NCBI RefSeq assembly: GCF_004010195.1
Contig: NC_057755.1
Location: forward strand, 3,460,962 to 3,489,175
Direction of reading: 5' to 3'
DNA: 28,214 bases
Source of the DNA: Chiloscyllium plagiosum
Taxonomy: Eukaryota
Within the stretch, counting starts at the first letter, position 1; each line of letters opens with the position of its first letter. Position numbers and translations under genes: made by a program. Positions 21,245 to 28,214 of this stretch are shown piece by piece. Under the pieces are notes generated by a model. The model saw only the letters and a list, made by a program, of their open reading frames with translations, was not told where the DNA came from and ran no database searches.

Positions 21245-22009
21245 CTCTCCCCCAATGCAATAGTATTGTAAATTCATGCTATTGCATTGTGTATGTAATA
21301 TTTGGTGAAAGTATATTAACTTGCTGCATGCTTACATCTGTTCCCTTGTATCAATTCATATCAGTGAGATGTCAGAAGTCAGTTATTTTACTATGTTGTT
21401 TCTGTCCAAACACCTCAAGCATCATCACAAATAATCCATGTAAGCATGATATTTCGGCAGTAACTGTATCACTGAATTGATATAGATTTGTTTTTTAGTT
21501 ATCCCTAAAATTTAAAAAAAGGCGCCCCAGAAAGATTTCTGTCGCTGAATCTGTGAGGCAAGTGAAGGACGTGTTTGTCCGGAAGAGTAGGATTCTGAAG
21601 CATGGATCCAGAACCCATTTTTGTTGTTTTCCTCTTTCGCTCACAGATTTTCGACTTCAAGTGCCCATCTTAATTTGCCTTCTAACTGAGATTTATCCCA
21701 GGTTTATAATACTCCGACTGGTTTAAGTAAATATTCCACAATGGCGGTAGTATGTTTCTCCTGAAGAGTAACAATCCACATCCAGCTAAAGCATAACACA
21801 TGTTTCCAATGTATTGCGGTTACACAAGACCCAGAAACCTCACTTATAATCGAGACATCAAAAGCCCTTCCTCTTGGAACCAGTGCTTCCAACCACACAG
21901 TCATTGGCGTAATGTGTACTCAGAGTAACGAGGGGATCAGCTTTTCAAATCCCTCCCTGATTTGCCAAATTGTATGTTTCGGAAGTCATTGCTGTTATAA
22001 TCTGTTATT

Positions 22010-22221
22010 GTCGTGACGTCAGTCAGGTGGCCCTCAGAGGATATGAGTTCCCTGATTGCAGCTGTTAATCTGATCCAATCAGGAAGCTCTGTTTGAAATA
22101 AAAGGATGAATGGCCGGGATATTGAGATGCCAAATGTCTGACTCAACGAGAGTAAACGACCAAAGTATTTGCAAATAAAGGGTGATGAATGACAGCATGC
22201 CAGTCTCTGAAGAATGATTTC
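22010..22221 (+). mobile_element. Short LTR-like interspersed repeat (putative solo LTR), second copy
   Basis: gtcagtcaggtggccctcagaggatatgagttccctgattgcagctgttaatctgatccaatcagg...aaataaagggtga...gatttca. It has CCAAT and AATAAA motifs and a CA end, and is similar to 14005-14205. Confidence 0.55.
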
Positions 22222-22799
22222 ACTTCCAGACATTTTGGAACGATATGTGCATCAACACTCCGGACTCTTCACTTTCCACACTTTGATGCTCCTGTCCCTG
22301 TCCCACCCCAGCCAGCCCCACACCCCAAGATGTGCTTAAGTTGCTCTGTGACGTCCTTGACCCGAACACTTTTGATTCAACATACCAATCTGGACGCTGT
22401 GAAATAAGGACTGATGATTCTGAAAGAGTCAGCCAATAACTCTTGCTTTGTGCGCTGCTGCTATTTGATGTGTACACAGCACTGAACTGACTCCACAAAA
22501 AAGGAAAAACAAAATAAAAATACTGAGGAGTTGGGAGTCCATGTCCATTTGAGTGCAATATCGATTGCCCAGAATGATAGCTGGACAGCAAGGCTTCAAT
22601 GATAAGGGAGTGAAATGACTCAAACCCAGAGCTGAATTTCTCAAATTTAGAAGTGTCTGAGACCAGTAAATATTTCAAGACAATATTGGAAACTACTGGG
22701 ATTAACTGACCCAAACGTTTCTTGTTGCCTCTTGATTTCAGACTACGAGAAGCAACTAAATGTTTACAGATGGCCTGAATCTTTCCAAGACTGAAATGA

Positions 22800-23140
22800 A
22801 TGAAGAATACCTCACATTTCTCTACATTGTATTGCACAGACTATTTCGTGCTCACTCAGTCACAGAACCTATCCTTCCCCTTCACCACATTCCTATGTCC
22901 TTCTTGAGATTTTTCTCTCCCTCCTAACATTGTATTATCAGCAAAAGTACCACATGATCACATCGTCTCAGTTATTGATAGAGTTTATAAATGACTGTGT
23001 CTCGAATAATAGTCCTTGCAGCACTCACTAATACCAGCCTGACATAAAATGAAATATTTATTCCTGCTCTTTGTTTTCTGTCCTTTATCAATCCTCACAT
23101 CAAGTCACATCTCACCATCACCACAGGCCTCATTGACAAC
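22800..23140 (-). mobile_element. Decayed CR1 RT fragment
   Basis: The start of ORF 22220-22837 reads MQYNVEKCEV..IHF (CR1 WQMQYNVEKCEVIHF). A FADN motif lies near 22935-22946. Confidence 0.7.
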
Positions 23141-23164
23141 AATGACTCCAGCAAAACATTTCCA

Positions 23165-23265
23165 AATTTTGACATTTCTGCATCCTTGTGTGTGCAGATC
23201 CCTCAATGGCCTCACTGCTCCATCTCGATTGAAACTGTTTCATCCCATCATCTGTCGTATGTGTT
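23165..23265 (+). mobile_element. Decayed L2-type 3' fragment
   Basis: atttctgcatccttgtgtgtgcagatccctcaatggcctcactgctccatctc resembles L2 KILILVFKSLHGLAPPYL. Confidence 0.4.
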
Positions 23266-23764
23266 CGGTTTCTTCTGTGTACACGTGCAGTACATCGCAG
23301 GGAACTGAGAAACCTCGTCCCTGTGTGTTGCTTTACGACCATGTGTGTCTCAGAGACGCCTCTGAAACATTTCCAGTACATTCCTATCCTGGTACGAGGT
23401 TCTGTATTGGTTGATGCTTATGTAACCGTTGAGGGTATTTTTCAGTGAGTTATTTTACTTGTCTCAATTATTGCCTTAATTTGCGAAATTATGTTCGATT
23501 CAGTAACTTCATCAGTTGAAGGTGAGGAATTCTATTGCAATGTTGGATTTCTTACCACAGTGTCATCACCATTAACCAACGATCATCCCTTCACAGAACA
23601 GCCAGAGATAGCCAGGGAAGCAACATCCCAGTGTTGAGGAGAACGTTTCTCAGAGTGACATTCAATAAACAGAGTTTAATTTCCAAACAATCAAGTCAAG
23701 GGAAGGACAGCACTGAAATAAAATGAGAGTTTAAAGTTCGGTAGATGGTGTCAATGCTGGTACA

Positions 23765-23895
23765 GAGAGTGGCACAGTGGCTCAGCAGTTACTCGTGCTG
23801 CCTTACAGAGCAAACGGGTGGGTCTGGGTAGGAAACCATTTGCCGGGTCAATGTGGACTTGGTGGGCCCATTGGCCAGCTTCCACGTTGTGTTGG
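23765..23895 (+). mobile_element. Internally deleted HE1-type SINE (head fused to tail)
   Basis: The head gtggcacagtggctcagcagttac..tgctgccttacag is joined directly to the tail gggtgggtctgggtagga...tgtggacttggtgggcc. The V core is absent. Confidence 0.65.
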
Positions 23896-23949
23896 AGAGA
23901 AAGCTGTGGGGACGACCAAAGAGACTGAGACCCGGTATGGCCAGCTTCG

Positions 23950-24475
23950 CTGAGTGGGAAAGTCATTGACAGATGGAATATAAAATGTGGAGAAATGTCC
24001 ATGTGCAGCACGGATTTCCAAACATACTCAGTGACAGACTAAATTCTTTGCCCAGTCCTCATTTCCAGACCCAGGGAGGTTTTGTCCTTGAGGGAACGCA
24101 GGTTTCTAACTGGATATTATTACAATGTAACATGAAGATACTGAATGTAACAGAGCTTGCTACATCCCATCACAGAATTTACTGAGCTGTCTGTATTGTG
24201 CAGACTATATTTAAAATATTGACAGATGGAATATAAGGAGGTGATTTACATTTGTCGGAAGAATAGAAAAGAAACAGAACATTTAGTTTAGAAAGTGATG
24301 AAGAATTATTAACTATTACTATCTGGAGGATAAGGGTGATCTTGCACACAAATACCAGAAATTTAACATGTTAGTGGAGCTCGCAATTGGGAGGACAATG
24401 ATGCATTGACAATTATTGCCGGGAGTTTATGTTGGGAATGTGAGGAAATCCTTCTATGAATCCCTTCTGATCAGA
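23950..24475 (+). mobile_element. Decayed CR1 ORF2 fragment interrupted at about 24000-24217
   Basis: tgagtgggaaagtcattgacagatggaatataaaatgtggagaaatgt (EW..WQMEYNVEKC). It resumes at 24218 with gaggtgatttacattt..ggaagaatagaaaag. Confidence 0.65.
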
Positions 24476-24519
24476 TTTTCCCTTTCACTGAAGATATTAA
24501 TATCCGTTAAGATGTTTGT

Positions 24520-24780
24520 CCTACAATCACACAATCACACAATCACACGTAGACAAAGACACTCACACATTTTCAGAGTCTCACACCAAATCAAACACTC
24601 TTCTAACTTACACACACACACTCTCTCTCTCTCACAAAAAAAGTCACAGACACACATATATAAAGACATTCAGTCATGCACTTGTACGCTGTCATGCATT
24701 CACATACTTTCACGGCAAACACATTGAATTGGACATCCTGACACACTGACCTTTACTCTTTCACTCTCTCACAAGCATAG
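24520..24780. repeat. CA/CT-rich low-complexity tract
   Basis: Imperfect (CA)n with short (CT)n. Confidence 0.8.
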
Positions 24781-25009
24781 GTAAATCATTCCATCCAGGA
24801 CGTTTGTTCAATTAGAGATTTTTCCCCTCTTTTTAGACATCACCAAATTTCAAGTCACAGCTGGACACTGTGGAAGTTCATAAATTCGTGCTATCGGGAT
24901 AAAACAAGCCTGACTGCAGGTTCAAACTCTGCGACAGATTCTGAACAAGGCCTCATTTCACTGGCTGATCTGACATGTGACCTTTTGTAGCTTGAGAAAT
25001 CAAGTTGAG

Positions 25010-25196
25010 GGACTGTGAGGGAGACAGGGAACGAGATTGAGAGGGAGCGTAAAGGTGAGAGTGTGCAAGGGACAGGGAGGCAGATAGTGAGTGTCACCAA
25101 GGGAGAGAGTCCGAGTGAGAGTGAGTCAAAGTGACAAGAAAAACAAAATGTGAGTTCGAGAGTGAGAGCAAGTGATAGAGGAAGAGAGAGAGAGAT

Positions 25197-25229
<33 letters not shown>

Positions 25230-25262
25230 CTGAATGAGTAAAAGAGAGATGTATGAAGAGAG
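25010..25262. repeat. GA-rich tract with a (GA)n microsatellite
   Basis: Near-perfect (GA)n at about 25183-25229 within purine-rich flanks. Confidence 0.9.
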
Positions 25263-25550
25263 ACTGGATCGGTTAAATTCACTGTGGGATCACTGGAATG
25301 AGTGGAATCTAACAGAAAGCTCTAACATTCTAACTGCGTCAACACAGGGAGGATGTTCCGGGTGACTGGGGAATTCAGAACCAGGAGTCACAGTCTAAGT
25401 CCAGGCCATTTCAGACTGAGATGGGGAGAAATGTTTTACCCAGAGAGTGGGGAGCCTGTGGAATCCTCTGCCACAGAAAGCCGTTGAGATCAAACATTTT
25501 CACGGAGTAGGTAGTTGCAGCTCTCAGGGCGAAAGGGATCCAAAGGATGG
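25255..25550 (+). mobile_element. Decayed CR1 3' portion
   Basis: aggccatttcagactgagatggggagaaatgttttacccagagagtggggagcctgtggaatcctctgccacagaaagccgttgag resembles RPFRTEMRRNFFTQRVVSLWNSLPQKAVE. Confidence 0.85.
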
Positions 25551-25714
25551 GGGGTGGGGGGGGCGGAGCTGGGGAGACAGAGAGTGAGAATAGGAAGGGG
25601 GGATGAGGAAACCATGTCAGAGGCATTTTGAGACAGAAAATACAAAATCCCTAAACAGCGAAACTCACAAAATTGTTTTTCCTTCTCTGTCAAAATTGAA
25701 TTTCTCGGGCTCGT

Positions 25715-25990
25715 GGAAAACATAGAAACTGAGAGTAGGAGTATGCCATTCAGCCCATCAAGCCCTATCCCACAATGCAGCACATAACTAGGGGGTGACG
25801 CAGGTTTAGTCTTTGGGGCCCAGCTACTAGTAATCGCTATCAATGACTTGAATGCTAGGATAGAAACTCTGCTGCACTGTTGTTCCTTGGAATGTATGTT
25901 TCTTGGAAACTTGGGATGGGATATTCCCAAAAGAAATGTGCAGTGATGTTGGATTTGGAGAATGGTGAGCACTGCATTAGACCACTTTAC
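25715..25990. mobile_element. Small CR1 pieces: a minus-strand tail at about 25715-25775 and a plus-strand RT motif at about 25787-25870
   Basis: catagaaactgagagtaggagtatgccattcagcccatcaag is an antisense tail. ggggtgacgcaggtttagtctttggggcccagcta...atcaatgacttg resembles GVPQGSVLGPQLF..YINDL. Confidence 0.6.
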
Positions 25991-26166
25991 TTTGGAGTCG
26001 AGAGTGCAGTGCTGGAAAAGCACGGCAGGTCAGGCAGCATCCAAACCAAAACATCGATTCTCCGGAAGCAAAGGGCAGTGGTCAACGATGGTGCCCCATA
26101 GAATGGTATTAAGTTAACTCACTGCATCTATGACAGCAAATACACGTCACCAGATGAAACTAATTG

Positions 26167-26494
26167 TTAGAATTCTGACAGTGTGGAAACAGGCCCTTCA
26201 ACCTTCCGAAGAGTAATCCACCCAGACCCATTCCCACACCCTAATATCCAGCATTTACCCCTGACTTATGCACCTAACCGACACAACTCTGAATACTATG
26301 GCCAATTAAGCATGGCCAATCCACTTTAACCTGCACATCGTTGAATTGTGAGAGAAAACCAGAGCACCCAATGGAAACCCACACAGACATGGGGAGAATG
26401 TGCAAACTCCACACAGTCGCCCGAGGGTGGAAAAGAACCCGGGTCCCTGGCACACTGTGGCAGCAGTGCTAACCACTGAGCCAACTTGGCCACC
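26167..26494 (-). mobile_element. Near full-length HE1-type V-SINE
   Basis: On the minus strand: A-box TGGCTCAGTGG, decayed B-box GGTTCTTTTCC, V core tgtgtggagtttgcacattctccccatgtctgtgtgggtttcc, and CR1-like tail gggcctgtttccacactgt. Confidence 0.9.
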
Positions 26495-26989
26495 TGCAAT
26501 CATTCCATTTTGAATTACTGCTGTTGTGTCGAAAAGTATTGGAATTGGATGGCTGCTCGTGATCTTTGTGAATACTTTAATGAATTTGTAAGTCAAAATC
26601 AACTGGGATAAAGGTTTTGATCTAATAGCCTGTTGGGTATTCACGATGTTGTGCAGAAATACACGAGCCAGAGCTCATGAATAAACCCGGAGCAATGAAT
26701 GAAGGACTTTACAATCACCCGATTGTTTGTGTGAGTCTCTGCTCTAGGAGGACTTCGCGAAAATCCCCAGGATAGCAAAGCCAGCCGAAGCATAAAGTAG
26801 TCCAATTCAATAGGGCATCAACTTCCCAGTCGCTACAGAAAAACTCAATCTGGTCTCTGCACATGCTCACTTTGTGCTCCAGCCCAGGGGCTGGAACATT
26901 CCCCGGGGTGTATGGTGAATGGATGGGGATAGAGAAAGATTTCAAAGTGAGCTGATTGGGTACTGGAGACACTACAAAGAGGCTAGTTC

Positions 26990-27350
26990 AGAGGAGATAA
27001 AGCGACAAAGGGAAAAGCAAATAGTCAGGGGCTGTGGAGGCGCTACATTTAGGAGAAGCGAGATGTGTTGGGGATGGTGCAAAATTGCAGTTTCATAACT
27101 GAAAGAACTAGGGAAGGAACGGAAAAGTGGGAGAGAGTGACAGAAAAAGAGTGAGAGTGATAAAGAACGTAGACAAAGATAGAAAGAAGAAATTTTAAAA
27201 AAGACAAAAGGAAATGCTGTCAGTATGATAGAGGGAGAGAGAGGTAGAGAGTGAGAGACACAGACAGAGAGAAAGAAAAGAGAAAAGAAAGGATCCGAGA
27301 TACAAACAGGAGTCAGGGAAAGGCGTGGTGAGTTTAGAGAGGAGATACTC
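26990..27350. repeat. GA-rich low-complexity tract
   Basis: Purine-rich imperfect (GA)n and (GAAA)n. Confidence 0.8.
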
Positions 27351-27466
27351 CCCATTCTGGTAGGCACCCTGTCTCTCGATTGTCTCTCCCAATCCCCATC
27401 CCCTATTAGGGACAGAACCTGCCTCCAGGGGTTTGTTTCAGCAGAGGAAGTGGGGACTGCAGGAGC

Positions 27467-27593
27467 AGCAGGTCAAGCAGCACCGAAGAAGCAGGAGAGT
27501 CCACATTTCAGGCATAAGCCCTTTAACTTCCTGATTAAGGGCTTTCGCCCAAAATGTCGACTCTCCTGCTCCTCGGACGTTGCCTGACCTGCT
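27467..27593. mobile_element. Palindromic (inverted-arm) short interspersed element
   Basis: The left arm agcaggtcaagcagcaccgaagaagcaggagagtccacatttcaggcataagccctt is the imperfect reverse complement of the right arm aagggctttcgcccaaaatgtcgactctcctgctcctcggacgttgcctgacctgct. Single arms also occur at about 15568-15602 and 26009-26045. Confidence 0.8.
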
Positions 27594-28214
27594 CTGTTGT
27601 TCCTTTTTGACTTTGTTTCTGGAGGCCTGATTCAGGCAGGGGGTGAGATTAAAGGATCCAAGTAGGATTGAGGTTCGAACTTTCTCTCACACAGAGACAA
27701 ACAAACACGCCGGCACACAACACCTGCTGCTTAGCGCACTTAAGCAAAAGGATAAAGGGTGCCAGACTCTGCTTAAATATCCAGAAGTCTGTCGCTCAAT
27801 GATACTCTCTCGGCCTAAGTCCACAGTGCATCCAGTCAGCTCCCAGCTCTCTCTACCTTGGAGCAGACTTTCTCCAGAGAAGATACACAGCCACAGTCAT
27901 CTCTGTCGGATGAATTAGGTGAGTAAGTGTACCAGGAAAGGGAGGAGGTGTGAGAGAAAGCAGCAGCTAAACCGTATAGTCCAGACCTTGTCTGTCTGCT
28001 CCCATTTTACTGTCTTGAAATAATAGCTGTAATTGTTTTCAAATGGATCAATTCGTTTTGTCTTTGGATTCTCCTATTGATCAATCCAAAAATCTCGACA
28101 TGTGATTGTCAGGAATCAGCTGATTGGAAGGCAGCTACATCCATTCCAATGCTGCAATCACTGGCTCCTTCACACAACACAATCCCCAAATGCATTTAAA
28201 CAGACCTATATCAT

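Noticed and set aside
22220..22837. 205-aa minus-strand ORF
   Set aside because: It starts in a CR1 fragment and continues into sequence with no recognisable domain, so it is likely a chance open frame.
26510..26590. Plus-strand VEKYWNWMAARDLCEYFNEF|gtaagt resembling the C-type lectin WxxAxxxC motif
   Set aside because: There is no acceptor (the sequence abuts a SINE head) and no downstream WIGL or WND exons. The motif is too short to support a call.
26715..26835. Minus-strand DWEVDALLNWTTLCF resembling a motif I recall from C11orf65-like proteins
   Set aside because: The similarity is limited to about 15 residues, the flanks do not match, and no other exons were found. BLASTx would settle it.
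23555..27860. CACAGTG/CACTGTG heptamers as V(D)J recombination signals (e.g. 23556, 24867, 27822)
   Set aside because: No nonamer at 12- or 23-bp spacing and no adjacent V, D or J segments.

Overview
Eukaryotic, repeat-rich genomic DNA with two assembly gaps (8855-9394, 17329-17687). The repeat content (HE1-type V-SINEs, many CR1 and CR1/L2-clade LINE fragments, a Tx1-like LINE) points to a cartilaginous fish, most likely a shark. This is inferred from recalled consensus sequences, not from a search. I found no intact protein-coding gene, and almost all listed ORFs are retroelement debris, low-complexity sequence or N-gap artefacts. The main non-repeat signal is two pieces of the shark-expanded GPR139-like GPCR family: an intact-looking 67-nt first coding exon on the minus strand (5497-5431) and a large, heavily disabled second exon on the plus strand (11037-11892). 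The two are phase-compatible but point away from each other across an assembly gap. A block at about 1.9-3.8 kb with no repeat I recognise carries minus-strand poly(A) and splice signals, recurrent 12-13 bp motifs and several hairpins, including one weak box C/D snoRNA candidate. Repeat boundaries are approximate. I do not see convincing evidence for a new biological system.
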